Positions 23,192-37,000 of a stretch of DNA of 64,000 nt are shown here, one piece after another. This DNA is from Pavona decussata. Taxonomy: Eukaryota. A model generated the notes under the pieces. The model ran no database searches. It saw nothing but the letters and a program-made list of their open reading frames with translations, and was not told the DNA's origin. The DNA lies in NCBI GenBank assembly GCA_977016875.1, contig CDRNST010000088.1, forward strand, positions 2,852,001-2,916,000, in the 5' to 3' direction. The position numbers were made by a program, and so were the translations under genes. Each line of letters starts with the position of its first letter. Within the stretch, counting starts at the first letter, position 1.

Positions 23192-24026
23192 GTGCGATCA
23201 GACATGAAATGGGCGTCCACCTTTAGTGGAGAGCTACCTAACTCTGCTTACTATTTTTCCCCCTTTGGGCATGTGAGTGACGACAAAAGTACTTTAGGTA
23301 CATCTCCAGATTGCATGTGGAAACCCTGGCTTTACGAAGAAAGGCTTAAGACAGCAGCTAAGGTACAAACAAAGAGAAGGGAAGTGGAACAAACAAACCT
23401 AGCTGCATCTACTAAGAGAAATAAACTGTTAAATTACATCAGGGATTTTAAATCCAGGCAGGAATACCCCCCCATTTTAGGTCCATTGATAGATAACATT
23501 TACGCTGAGCCATTACATAATGGTAACAACGCTTGGCAACAGTTACATGCACATATTCTTGCCCATAGCAATGGTAAAAGTTCCATTCCAAGTTCATGCA
23601 CTGATCCATTTGAATTTCCAGAATGTGCATTAGGTTTGCATTTGGCCATCCTGAAAACAATTGGGGCAACTCGTTTGTACAAGAAAGTAAAGAAGTGGTG
23701 TGCCCGAGGGCGAAAAGGAAATCTTTCCTATCGTTTTACTGGCAAAGAGACAAAAATCATGTGTCACAAAGTTATGCATCTGTTGCAAGCCATTTCTTTT
23801 CCAAATGATACCCCAGTACAACAGCTGCAGATCTGTAACTTTGCATTTATTGGCTTACAGCTGAGGGATGCAATTAGCAGATTTAGTCGTGTCCCTGTGA
23901 CCCAGGGAGAAGTACAAGACCTCCGGGAATATTGCAGGAAGTATTTGACAGCGTCAAGCCTTCTTCTAGATTCAGTCACACCCCCAGTGTGGACCATAGG
24001 TCAAGCAATTCCATTCCATACTTATA
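23192..24026 (+). pseudogene. Second RAG1/Transib/CMC-like transposase fragment (distinct family member)
   Basis: Colinear with 6396-7236: SDMKW, GEL.N.A.YFSPFG, YAEPLHNGNN, FTGKETK.MCHK, VWTIG.AIP.H. Cut by a MITE before the catalytic E. Confidence 0.8.
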
Positions 24027-24862
24027 CAGTCGAACCTCCCGTAAGCGACCACCCATAATGTTAAGGATATGTGGTCGCTTAAGGGAGGTGGTCGCTTACC
24101 AGAAGTCAGTCCATAGGGGGTCTAAATTTTAAGTAATTTACATATGGTAATTTGAGGAGAATTAACCCTTTTGCCAGTGCTCATCGAAACCCATAGTGAT
24201 AACTTTTCTCAGCTACAAGTAGATTAAGACGGGTCCAAATTATTCTAAGCAAAAAAAATCTTAGAGTCTAAGGTGATTGTTTGTATCTCACAAATTACTT
24301 AATACAGCGATTACGACAATTATTTTGAAAAAAAGTTGACTCTTTTATTACTCCAGGTGACGCTGTCTCAATTTTTCAGGGAACGGATGATAAGCAAAAT
24401 GATAAGAAAGATAAAAGATAAGAGAATTTTTTTCCTACAAGGGATTCAATCTGATTAACGTTTATTTCAGTGTGAAGTAAAGTGCATGTGTATTTTATCA
24501 ATTGTTTCAATGCTAAACTATAAGGGGAAACACTTCCGCTGGCTCAGACTGGGAGACTTACAGCATCCACTGTAGTGATGTGGCCAATATGTCACAGCGA
24601 TACATTTTTCAATTTCCTTCCGTGGGATATACAGCAGGTTGTGTGTCGAGTGGCTGCCTACGGGAGGTTAAAAACAATTGAAAATTTTAAACAATCATCT
24701 ATCTATTAAAGTGGACGCTTACGAGAGGTGGTCGCCTATGAGAGGTTCCATCTATAATGATTTGACTTGAAAACCTTTGGTATTTTGGAGAAGTGGTGGC
24801 TAATGAGAGGTGGTCGCTTACGAGAGGTGGTTTCTTTGTTGATCCTAGAATGTTGTCAACTG
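24027..24862. mobile_element. Tc1/pogo-type MITE (possibly composite)
   Basis: Termini TA|CAGTCGA... and ...GTCAACTG|TA, with subterminal GAGGTGGTCGCTTA repeats. Confidence 0.7.
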
Positions 24863-25169
24863 TAGACGATCCAAGTGGTGCTAGTGACACCCAGTACAGT
24901 GAGATTTTAGATAGCACCCCAAGTGATTCAGAACAGTCCGAGAAAATTCGTTTTTCTAAGTGAAAATTATTTTCCCCTTAAAAGTCTTTAAAGATTTCCT
25001 ACCAAGTTAGTGTGAGTGAGCAAAAGTAGGCGGTTGGTGTCTTGGTCTTCGTCTTCAATTTATTTTACTTATAAGAAATGCTATAGCTACTTCATCTCAC
25101 GAAGGCAAACTAAGTAATTAGATTTTAAGAGAAATGTTTATGAGGCATGTTGATATGCTCTAGAATTTG

Positions 25170-28100
25170 CCACCAAAATCGACAAACCAGCAGAGCAGTT
25201 TCAACACGACAGCACTATCCAACTGTTCAGCGAAAGCCTTGAATTTAGTGGAAAGGCATAACCAATGAATTTGTTACGGGGTCCAGGATTCACCGGACAG
25301 AAAAGTGGAGGGAAATTTTCTTTTGATTGGAAATTTTGGAACTGTCCTTTCATTATGGGGAGAACAACAAGGGTAAAATATAAAGGTGGATATACAACAC
25401 GAGATGGAATCCAAAAGAGTTTATCGGAAGCCTTTCTGCTTATTGCCACTTCTGAGGAAACTCTTGTCTGTCCCATCATCTGTCAGCCTTCGCTGAAAGT
25501 GATTCCTGTTTCTTTTGCATCTGATGGTATCAGCCTGAAACCTGGTCTTCAATTTGATCCCCCTTAAAGGAGTTGGTAGGACTTCTCTTCCCAGTGGACT
25601 TGGCATATGCACAAGCTCACCCCAATCCCGACCCTCAACTGCTGAAGGCATCCTTTGAAACGGAAGCAGATGCTGCGATTCTTACCACTCTTGATGGAAA
25701 TCTTTCTCTGCCAGTTGATACCAGTTATAAAGGAAAGAGCTTGACTGGCCAGGCCGTCTTCGAAAAAATAACAAAAGAAGTGAAACAAATACAAATCTGT
25801 CTATGCTGCCTTCAACTACACGCTCGCCAAACACTAAATGTCATTACGTCTACTGAGGAGATATGTTCCAGTAACTGTCATGGTAAGTCATCCTTGAGGT
25901 AATATTTCAATATTTCATTGTGTTTCCAAACAGGAGAAAACTGATAAAGGGGTCGATAAAGGCATGCGGTCAAAGGCAGAGTACTTTAATTGTTTTCGAG
26001 TGTTTGGAAACCCTATGAAACACGAGGTACGCATTTCATTATGTCCAGATCTTAAAATCTTTAGTGCAGTTCAGCACAGGGATACAAGTTGAGGACACCG
26101 TAAACGAAATAAAGCCTAACATTACAGGGGCAAATTGAAATGGAACGTAAACATTCTTAAAAAAGGTGGAGGCAACTATTCAACCCCCCATTTACATAGT
26201 CTACATAGTGTGATCTGACCTGGTCTAGGATTTGAACACCACACTGGTCGTAAAACAAATCCAAATGAGCAGTCAAAGGCCAGGACAGGACATCTGGATT
26301 TCAAGCAACATTGGAAACTGATCAATGGTCATCAATATCATGTAAAGTATGTAAAGTTTTGTTTCAGTCTCAGTGTAGTTGTATTTACCAGTTGTCTTTC
26401 TTTTGACAGATTGTAATGAAAGGAAAGGTGTCTGTGATGACTGCACTCCTCTTGGTCAAAAGTTTTAAGAAAGGTGCCTCAGAGCTTGTGACACTTGTAT
26501 AGCGGCTGGGACCCGGTGTCAGAAACTACTTGTCCTTACTTGGGTTGCTGATTGCGAGGAGAACAACAAAAAGGGAATGACGATTTTGATGTTGAGCCAA
26601 GATGATAGTCTTCCATTGCTACAACCTCTGCCGGAAGCTGTACATGTTGGAAAGTGTATGAAATCTAGTTTTGCAAACTGGTTTCTACTTTATAAAGGAC
26701 AGAGATTGAATCTCTCAATCTTGCAAGCTTTATACAATGACTGCTCAGATGTGGTGAAACATTCCATACGGAAGACCCTGACCTTAAGGTCCGTGCGGAA
26801 CAGGGATAGGATGTCAGTCCACAACCTGTTGCTCATCTCCCAGGACAGCAATCTGAAAGCTGTCTCACAAGTGGCGTCAATCGTCCAAACAGTGATCCCC
26901 GAAACGTTTTGCCTACACAAGGGGAATTCGAGAGGTGTTTTGGAACACCCAGTGTCCATTTGTTGTGCCTTGCAGAGTAAGTTGGTGATCGTGGATAGGG
27001 CTCAGCCAAAGTTGTTTTGTGCACGTATGCACTATCCTTTCAATGTGGAAAAAGTTGCAAAAGGCCTGAGAGATCCTTCAAGCGTCATCTTTTTGGAAGG
27101 TGTTGCGTATGTAGCAGACTCGGGGCACAAGCAAGTGAGGTTTGTTGCTCTATTCAAGGCAGTCTTCCTGGAGCCCAAGAAGATGAAAGCAGATGATCTG
27201 CGCGAGGCAGTAGAGAAGAGAGGCATCCCATGTACTACTCGCACAAAGAAGCCAATGGCAGAAGCCCTTCAAAAATGGATCACCTCACGGCAGAAAGCAG
27301 GAAGAATGCAATCAGATGAATTAACCACTCTTAAGCTGAACGAGGCACTGATGCGCCCTGTCTCTCTTGCTGTGGGAGGAAATGAGGTCATTTTTGTTGG
27401 CGATACTAATTCCCATTGTGTTTACCAGATTGCCATTGACAACAATGGTGCTTTTCTTCATGCGCAGGTTTTGAGTGCAATTGCCATTGCTGATTCTCTT
27501 CCTTATCGCATCTCTGTCATGAAGAACTCTCTAATTGTGGCAGATGCAAGCAGCAAAGGCGGTCTGTGGAAGATCAACTCGCAAACTCACCAACAAGACC
27601 CTGTGTTGGCTAATGGCACTTCAACCCTCCAATGTGTGCATGGTGTTGCCGTTCGTGGAGAGAGAGTATATTTCACAGACCGCCAAGGATGCAAGGTGTG
27701 CAAGCTTGAAAGTGAACGGTGTCAGTCATTGCTGATTGTGGCCGAGAGGGAAGTACAGATGGGTCCCCGAGCAACGCCACATTTTCACATTCAACTGGAA
27801 TCTGCATTGAACAAGAGTCCCTCTTAGTAACTGATTCAGTGGTGGGGAGTATGAGAATGATAACACAGACCTGTGCAATGTGTAAATTCCTAGAACAGAT
27901 AAATTTACTTTATCGCGTTTATGGAGTACACCTGAAGGATTCTCCCGCCGAGTATCATTCCGTGGACAATGTAATCAAAGCTTTGGAGGGAATCTTACAG
28001 TATTGCAACACCTGGATGGCAGACATTTAGGTGTACACTGAAAGGAGAGGGGCTGTTCAAGGACCAGAGGGTATAGTTTCCTCAAAGACTATTGCAAGTG

Positions 28101-28211
28101 TTCAGATGATCCTACAGTCAACAAGGGAGCTTAAGACGTCCATTAATTACATCAATCCGCAATTTCTTGAACATGTCAATCCTTCTGCAATGCTTAACTT
28201 GGTTGTTGAAC
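25170..28211 (+). pseudogene. P-element/THAP9-like transposase with Cys-rich, NHL-like propeller and SAP insertions
   Basis: Motifs in order: KA..NLLRG, FASDGISLKPGLQFD (D), in-frame GT-AG intron 25883-26409, WVADCEENN (D), PEAVHVGKCMK, RDRMSV, repeats HPVSIC/DPSSV...YVADSG/RPVSLAV...FVGD/VHGVAV..YFTD, SAP-like MKADDLREAVEKRGI..TKK.M..AL, and LVVE (E). Contains stops and frameshifts. Confidence 0.6.
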
Positions 28212-29828
28212 TAGTCCGGTCAGTTGGAGTCGAAAATCATCAAAATCGTGACAAATTGCGTAAAAGCATGAAACTTGGCACAAATGTTCCTTGATATGTC
28301 AAGATTTGTTTTAGAAGGGGTGCCACAAAATTTACTATCAGGGGGAGAGGTTGGGGAGGTCTTTTTGTCCTAGGTCACAGACATTTCAGCTCAAGACATA
28401 TGTGCGTGTTATTACTCTTGCAGTTTCCCTAAAGTGCTTTCCTGCAAAAAAATTAAACAATAGAACGACTATACATTTGGGAGAAAAGTATGGATAGACA
28501 CCCTTGAAGCTTTGTTAAGTAATCACGTGTACATGACAAAGTTTCAATAGAGCGTCTTCTCCAATAAAACATGAGAAAAACCCCCCGGTTTTTGTAGGTT
28601 AGCAAGAGCTAAGTGTCTTGTCGTGTTAAATAAGGTATGTATGCATGCATAGATTGTATAATAAAAAAATTGTTCCTGGGTTATTTCCTACAATTATTGT
28701 AGATGACAATTCCTGGTCAGCGGTAGCTCTCACAGTTTAGTTTTCTTAGAAGTGAACTTCAAAAGATAGTCCATTTACAGAGCTTGTAGTGGCTGAAATG
28801 ACACGAGGTACCTGAAGTTTCCTTTCTGTAAATCATCCTCAAGTCAAGAGGCAGGCCAACAGACTACTTTTGCATCTTTTTATAGCGAAGGTAAGTGTTT
28901 ACTTGCTCCATTGAAAAGGTGGCGGATACCAAACAACTAAAATTATACAATTGTCAACGATCAATCAAAGAGCTTCTTTCTGTTCATTAACAAAACTTCA
29001 GAAATGAAACTTATAATTTTATTTTTGCGTGTTTAATAAACAAATAACTGTAGACATAATTTGAAATAGTTCATTCTTTGGTCACTCACAGAGCGCTTTG
29101 ATTTTGTCATTAAAGTTCTGTCCTATTCCAGTGATCATGAAATAGATTCGTTGAGTTAACTTTCTGTAAATCGGATGTTCTGTGAGGTTTGTCTTATCCG
29201 CACGCGTCCCATATAGAACGCATGTCTTTTTGCACGCGTCATATTGCACGTTCTGCGTGGCATTTTGCGATCGTGCGCTATTACCAGTGAAAAAGCTGGA
29301 ACATCTATCATAGAAAGCCCAGAAAAAAAGGGTATCAGGGTGGATAGGCATTCGCACAAATACCCCTCTGTCGCCAAAATTCATCATTACCACTAGAACC
29401 GCAAATACTCCTTTGTCGCCTACATCCATCATTATCTTAGATGCACCTCATGGTTACAAAATCCGACGTGTTTAGTATTAAAGAGAGTAATGTTTTATTT
29501 TGTTTGCGTGACATTTTCGGTCGAACTACATCACGTTTATCGCAAATATGATGCCTTAGACTCTCAGCGAATCTTTTATCGTTCACCTGTCACCAAAGAC
29601 TGAACTAACGTGCATGCTCAGATACTCCTAATACAACGGCGCCTAAGTAAACGCTCCCACAGCGTCTTGTTTTATTATGGAAGTGGAATTAGCATGTTTA
29701 GAGACAACCTTATCCAAAGTCTAAAACCATTCTTGGAAAGGGGTTCAGAGCCACCTTTAATGTAACCAGTTTTCCTGAGCCAATGAGAAAGCCCCTATAC
29801 CAAGTGACGTTTTAAAGGTGTGAATTTT
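28212..29828. mobile_element. Left end of an unclassified DNA element that truncates the P-like gene
   Basis: Abrupt switch from coding sequence to TAGTCCGGTCAG...ATGAAACTTGGCAC, a TIR-like sequence. Partner end not confirmed. Confidence 0.35.
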
Positions 29829-31025
29829 CAAGGCAGTAGCTAGTGGAAGGGCAAGGGGGACAGTTGCCCCCCCCCCAAAAAAAAAAAAAAAAAAACACAA
29901 AAACACTTCTTCTGTTTCTAGAGTGTTAAGCGTAGATAGTTTGAACTTCACTGTGGTTAGTTTAGCTTGGCAACGTTCCACAGCTGACTCCCTCGTCTTG
30001 ATGAAACAGCAAACAAATGGAAAGTGGTTCAAAGACAATTGACCATTTACAGCCCCTCTTTTCTCCATGTATTGTCAAGTTTTGGAAGAGATTATGGTTC
30101 CAGATAGAGACAATTGCTCAGGCTGTGGGAAACACAGTCGTAAAACCATGCACTGCCAACATCCAGCATCATCGTAATGCTAATGCAGGATGCATCTCTG
30201 ATCAGACTACAAATAATTACTGAAAAGTGAAAGTGTTCTTTCTTTCTTTTTCTTTTATTGACCATGTAAAACAAGAAATTGAGGCCAAATTCTGACGATG
30301 TCATCAAGGTTTGTTGCTTGCTGACAGGCTATCAATGGCAATGAGTATAGAGAACCGTGTTCAAAATGAAATACTATAATATTACAAGAAGTTCCTCACC
30401 TTCAAGGAATTAACCTATTTCCCAGTAGAGACTGCAAAGTGAAAAACGTACTATAAAAACATGTTGTTTGAAGAAAGGCTTTTAAATGCAAATTCAGCTT
30501 TGTCTGCCTCTGACCCTCAGATATTCCCAGCCATTTTCTGACTACACTCGGCCAGTGGCAAGTATTAGTGGTGAATGTTCATTCTCAGCTTTAAGGTGTC
30601 TTACATTGTGGAACTGTTCCACAAAGAATGGCGAACGATTAAGTGACCTAGGGATGCTGCTCATTCATCGTGGGATGGATTGCATTCCTAAACCTCATGT
30701 CATTTATCATATGAGACAACTGGTGTGTAAGTGATGGTACCTTACGTTTCACCTGAGTTAGGTCATTTAAAGTTATATTTTGTTCGGTACAAGCCTAACT
30801 TGAAAAATTATGATGGATTGAAAAAGAATTTTTTGATCAAAATCCAACTGAAGACATCTTTTAAACACGACATAGAGTAATCCGGTTAGTTAGCGATACC
30901 TGTTTAGTGTACCAGTAAGGCCGAGATATGTGTATGAGGCCAATGCTGAAAAAAACTTTACTGAGTGTTTGGATTTCAAGATTTTCTGGGGGGGGGGGGG
31001 GGGCATACCCTTAGAACCCCACAGA

Positions 31026-34000
31026 TGTGACCTTATTATGTAACGATGGCCCGAGGTGGCCTTCGCATGTGATCTAGCTAGTGTGACTAGGGAACAATTG
31101 TGACACTTCAAGTGAGATGAGAAGTCGCTTTTAGAACTTGTAAGCCCATAGTGTAGGAAACCTTACAAAAAGGCATAAAACACTGCTTCTTAAACATGGT
31201 GTCAGAAGCCAAGTAACCCACTCAAGACTTCCAGAACAGACACTCAAGCCAGCCAGCAAAGATGTCAGACGCAGAAGCAGCAGAAATAGCCGAAGAACCT
31301 ATGGTAAGCCCAGTGATGGGACAATAACATGCTCCCAAAAAAACTCAACTTTGATGCACAAGACCTTCTTCTGAAGTGGAAACGATAAAAGGAAGAAATA
31401 TCCCTGTACATGGATCTTGCCATGGCCAGAAAGCCAGAAGAAATGAAGGTAACATTATTCCTTTATCTTATCGGAATAGGGGCCGCGAGGTATACAAAAC
31501 CTTAAACTTTGACGCCGCGCTAAATGATCGTACCCTTGCTCAAGTAATCAAGGCCTTTGATGATCACTGTGATCCCCCCCCCAAAAAAAAAAAACGAGAC
31601 CATTGAGAGATATAAATTTTCTACAACATTTCAAGAGCAAGGTGAATCCGTAGAGAAGTTCATCAACGAACTCACAATTTTGGCGGCCCAGTGTAATTTT
31701 GAGACCTCAGATGATTCTCTGTTGTGCAATCGCATCGTGTGTGGCATTTTGGATTCCAATTTGAGAGAAAAATTGTTGAAAGAGCAGAGCCTTGATTTAA
31801 CAAAATGTATACAAATGTGTTGAGCGGCTGAGCTCTCGAAAGCAAGAAAGAAAACAATCGAAAAAAGCGAATCAATTCATAATGTGAGGAATGCAAGATC
31901 AGGGGATAGCCGAAACTGCAAGAGCAGATCAAATGTCACCAGCAGACAAAAGGAAGATAAACAACCCACGCATGTGCCTTGATTGTCTGCAAATACTGTG
32001 GTGATCGTCACGAACATGACAAATGCCCAGCGTATGGCGAAATGTGTTCCAAATGTTCCAAATGGAATCACTTTGCAAACGGTTGTCTCTCTTCACAAAA
32101 TAGCCAAGAAACCGTATGTTGCGTGGAAGCCACCAATGAAGAATTCAGCAATGCGGATCGCGATTACGATGACATCAATACGCTCCATTTGACACCAAAG
32201 CTCCAAACGAATGTCCTGACCGATCAAAAGTATCCAAAGCGGTTGTTCGCCACGTTAATCCTTAGAAAGAAGCCAATCAAATTCCAAATTGACAGTGGCA
32301 CGACCAATAACATCATCACAGAATGCTTACTACAGGAGTGTCTTGGCGTTTGTGAAGTCAAAACTACGAACCACGCGTGAACGATGTACAACAAGTCCAC
32401 AGAGACCCCCATCAGCCATTGTACAGTCAATGTGACGAGCCCAAAAACAACAAGTCCTATCAAACAGAGTTTGTGGTCCTCGCCAACAATAACTGTACAC
32501 CTAGTCCCTCTAGTCAGCAAATGGATCTCATTAAAGTCAGGCATGAGAATATTTTAGCAGTGGTACAGAAAGAGCACACCGAACCCCTGACTACAGACAT
32601 GTTGATGCAACAGTATCGAGACATTTTCAGTGGCACCGGAAAGGTTGATGGAAAGTATCATCTTGAAATACACGTAGATGCTTTTCCAGTAGTCCATCCA
32701 CCTAGAAGAGTTCCAGTTGCACTGACGCCTCAGCTTAAGGATGGAAGAACTGGGAATAATAGCCCCCATCACAGAACCTACCACATGGGTCTTCAGCATG
32801 GTGACCATAAAGAAGCCCAAGGGCCGGCTAAGGATCTGCCTCGACCCAAAAGATTTGAACAAAGTAGGGAAACAGAGTCACTATCCCTTGCCTACAATGG
32901 AGGAGCTCCTCCCGGAACTGAACAAAGCTAGAGTGTTCAGCATTTTTGACATAAGAAATGGTTTCTGGCATAACGAACTGGAGGAGTAAACATCAAGAGT
33001 CACAACCTTCAAAACCACATTTGGACGGTACAGGTGGCTTCGTTTACCATACTGATTGTCCACAGCGCCTGAAGTCTTCCAAAGGTCCCAACACCAAGCT
33101 GTAGAGGGCCTTCCTGGTGTCCTCTCAATACTCAATGATATTCTGGTCTATGAAGAGGGAGAGACAGATGATGAGGCCACTCGTGATCATGATTGCAAAG
33201 TGACGCGCTCTCATGGAAAGATGCCGAGAGCGAAACATAAAGCTCAACAAAGAGAAGGCGAGATTACACAGAAAAGAAGTTCCATTGATGGGCCAAAGTC
33301 TGAAGGCCAAAGACTGAAGGCCGACCCAGCGAAGCTCAAAGCTGTCTTGGAGATGCCAACGCCCACTGATGTTGCTGGAATTTAGTAGTTCATTGGCTTC
33401 ATGAACTACATCAGGAAGTTCGTACCCAAGCTGAGCGATAAATGTGAGCTGCTGAGAAAGCTTACAGTCAAGGATGCAGAGTGGTCCTGGACCCCCATAC
33501 GCGATGCAGCAGTAGATCTCATCAAGAAGCTAGTAACCACAGCACCTGTTCTGAGGTATTACGATCCACAAAAAGAGCTAACCTTGCAGTGTGACGCCTC
33601 TGACACAGGTCTTGGCACTGCCCTCCTTCAAAAAGGGCAGCCTATTGCATTTGCCAGTCGTGCATTGATGGAGTGTGAATGAAACTACGCCCAGATTGAA
33701 AAAGAGCTGCTGGCTGTGATCTATAGACTAGAGAAATTCCACCAGTATACATTTGGAGGCATGGTGACCGTACAGTCTGACCATAAGCTGCTAGAAATGA
33801 TAGTGCAGAAACCCCTGCTAAAAGCCCCGAACCGTCTTCAATGCATGCTGCTGAGGATGCAAATGTATGATGGGAAACTGATACATCGCAAGGGCACGGC
33901 CATGGAACTGGCAGACACCCTCACTAGAGCCTACCTTCAGGAACAAGTGATGCCTTTTGAGACGGAATTAGAAAGTATTAACATGGCCCAGTACCTTCCG

Positions 34001-37000
34001 ATCAGCGCTGCCTGTCTCAAAGCCGTCCGTTGTCACACCAAAACCGAACCAGACTTCCAGACCCTAAGTAGTATCATAGCAGCAGGATGGCCGCAAACGA
34101 AACGGGAAATTCCCGCAGCAGCAGTACCATACTTCTACTTCCGAGATGAGTTGAGTGAGCAAGATGGGATAATCTATCGAGGGAATCAAGCTGTGATTCC
34201 TGCTACTCTTAGGCGCGACATGTTAGAGCGAATACATTTAGCCCACATCGGAATAGACGGCTGTCTCCCAAGGGCCCGAGAGTGTTTGTATTGGCTGGGA
34301 ATGAGTGGTGCTCTTACAGATAGGTCCAAGTCGACCTTGGGCGAAAATAGGCACAGACCTATTCAGCTGCAACGACCAAGATTGCCTTGTGAGGGTTGAC
34401 TACTACTCAGGGTTCTAGGAAGTTGATGCCCTGGATGACAATAGATCCTGGACCATTATTCATAAGCTAGACAGTCACTTTGCACGGAATGGCATCCCAG
34501 ACGTGTGCATGTCCGACAATGGCCCGCGATTCTCGTCTGAAGAATTTAAAGCATTCAGTAGGAAATGGCAGTTCGAGCACAGGACATCCTCACTGGGGTA
34601 TCCTTAAAGCAATGGCAAGGCAGAACAAGAGGTCAAAGCAGCTAAAACCTTGATGAAAAAAGCAAAGAAAGCTGGGGAAGACCCATACCTGTCACTTCTG
34701 GCATAACAAAATACCCCCACACAAGGACTAGACTCCGGTTCTGCTCAGCAACTGATGAGCCGCAGAACTAAAGCCTTACTTCTAACCTCAGCTGCTTTGC
34801 TAGAGCCCCAGCTTGTTACCGATGTTGACAAGAAGCTACGAGCAAACAAAGAAAGACAAGCTCCATACTACAACCGAGGGGCGAAAGACCTTGCAGAGCT
34901 AAAAAATGGCGATTTCGTCCATTTCTCACTAGCTGCTAGCAGAGAGAAGGAACTTCAGAAGGCCATAGTACAGTCGAAAGTCCGAATATGTTCATATGAA
35001 ATCTGAACTGAGAATGGAAGGATGTATGTCTGCAATCTATGCCACCTGAGAAAATCACAAGAACCATTCAACAGAAACCACATCACGGTAAAGCACCATA
35101 CAGCCACCATTGAACAATGGCATCCACCAGGAATCAGAGCCCCAACATACAGTGCAACCGAGTCTATGAGCACAAGGCAATGGAACCCAAAGTAGCTCCC
35201 TATACAGTGTCACTAGAGCGTGAACCAGTTACCATGCCAACAGACACGGACAGGGCAGCTGGGCGTGAACCAGTTACTATGCCAACAGACAGGGACAGGG
35301 ACAGGGCAGCCGAGCTCCTGCAAGCTACAACCGGTCCTGTGGAACTGAGCTTTCGTTACAATCTCAAGATCCGGGAGACTTATAAAACCACCAGTGCGGT
35401 TCCAGGACTATGTATAGACTGTGCGCGTGTAACTTTCAACATCATGCAGTATTCACTTCGTGGTCTATACTGTTAGTTTTGAAACGCCCCTTTTGTTTTT
35501 GTACATTTCCTGTATTTGCCCCTTCGCGCGTTACTGTTCATTTGTTTCATTTCACGTTGACATGTGACGCAATAGTTGTCACTTTGGTCATTACACAATT
35601 TAGTCTATTACGTAGGGTCATGTTTCCATTCGACCGCCACGTGTGGAGAGCATATTATTGTAACACAGTTGCTACTCGCTAGCTAGAATTTGCTACTGCT
35701 ATTGACGTTTTGAGGTGCTACAATTACCTATTTCAAGGAGCTAGACCAAAGTAAGTTACTTATATTGTTTATGCTCCGTTTATTCTATTGTTTCGTTTTT
35801 CCTTTGTCCATTTCTCGCAAAGATTTCTGTATTGTTGTTTTACGGTTAGTTAATCAATTAATCAGCATCAATTTCGTTTTTGTTGCTTTTAGTTCGAACC
35901 ACAACCACAACCGCAATCACAATCATTGCCACAGCCATACATACGCATTTCAGCAATCGCTACCACAGTTACAATTGTATTGCTACAGTTCTGAAAGGCT
36001 ATCAAGTATTTGTGATGCTATCTTCGTCAAGTGTGATTCATTAAAGACATTAGTGATTGGAACTTTGATCTCTGTTGTTCTGCGTTCGTATTAATATGCT
36101 CCGTAACCTCAGCTACTTCGATCCTGTGACCCGTGAAGGTCATATTCGTTCGAATTTGCGGCTTCAAATCTCCAAGTTCAACCGTCCGCGAATTTGCAAT
36201 GAGCAGAAGCAAAATTGCAACATTGAAAAATAAGCAAAGTGTCAAATATCGCTGTCGCTAACTTTGTAACGTAACAGTTAGTCCCATTGCGAGAACGTGT
36301 TCTCTGCAAGTAGTCATGGTCATGGCCAAGGGTGGTACAAAGCAAATTAAAGAACGATCAAGTTCAAGAAACGGTGAAAGAAACCCGTATTCTCAACTGG
36401 GAAGCAATTGATTTAGAGAATCTACGTACGTTAAAGGAAGGGAGAGGTGCGAAGAAAGGTCTTATTACTAAAGGACAAAATGGGATTAAAGAATTAATGA
36501 CTGATCGCGCAAATGTTGATCTTGTTAAAGTTAAACTAGAGGAATTTAATGTGCTTGTGGAAGATTTTAGAAGCGCTCACGCCATTTATCATGACCAACT
36601 CGTGGAAGAGTGCGACATTGACGAGTCCCAAGGATATTTGAAGTCGTTAGAACAGTCAATTACCGATCTGGGAGGCGACAACGCAGCTTGGATCGTGACA
36701 TCCGGAACATTAGATCCCAACGACGATTTAGTGGACCTTAACCCGAAGACTCAATCAGTAATGCGGGTTCTTGTGCCATATCCAAACATACCCGTCGCTT
36801 AAAACCAAGTTCAGTCGGCTCAAGGGGATCATCTGCGAGTTCCGTTTCCGCCGCGCATGTCAAGGCCACCCCTATAAGAGCAATGTTGGAAGCAGAAGCA
36901 AAAAAAAAAGAAGCTGCTAACCTTGAGAAATTTAACAAAATTCAAAAAGAAGAGCTAAACTTGCAGTTGAGAAAGAAGGCCTTAGAGCTTCCGACCGAGA

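Noticed and set aside
27957-27964. ATTCCGTG as the right end for the CACGGAAT at 3249
   Set aside because: It lies inside the coding frame of the P-like gene; likely a chance 8-mer.
19864-28030. RAG2 equivalent assembled from the PHD finger and the propeller near the second RAG1-like copy
   Set aside because: The PHD is inside a separate TIR element within Harbinger, and the propeller is NHL-like and part of a different transposase; they are not one gene.
35219-35310. CRISPR-like direct repeats
   Set aside because: Two adjacent ~45-bp copies in the Gypsy pol tail with no unique spacers or cas genes; eukaryotic context.
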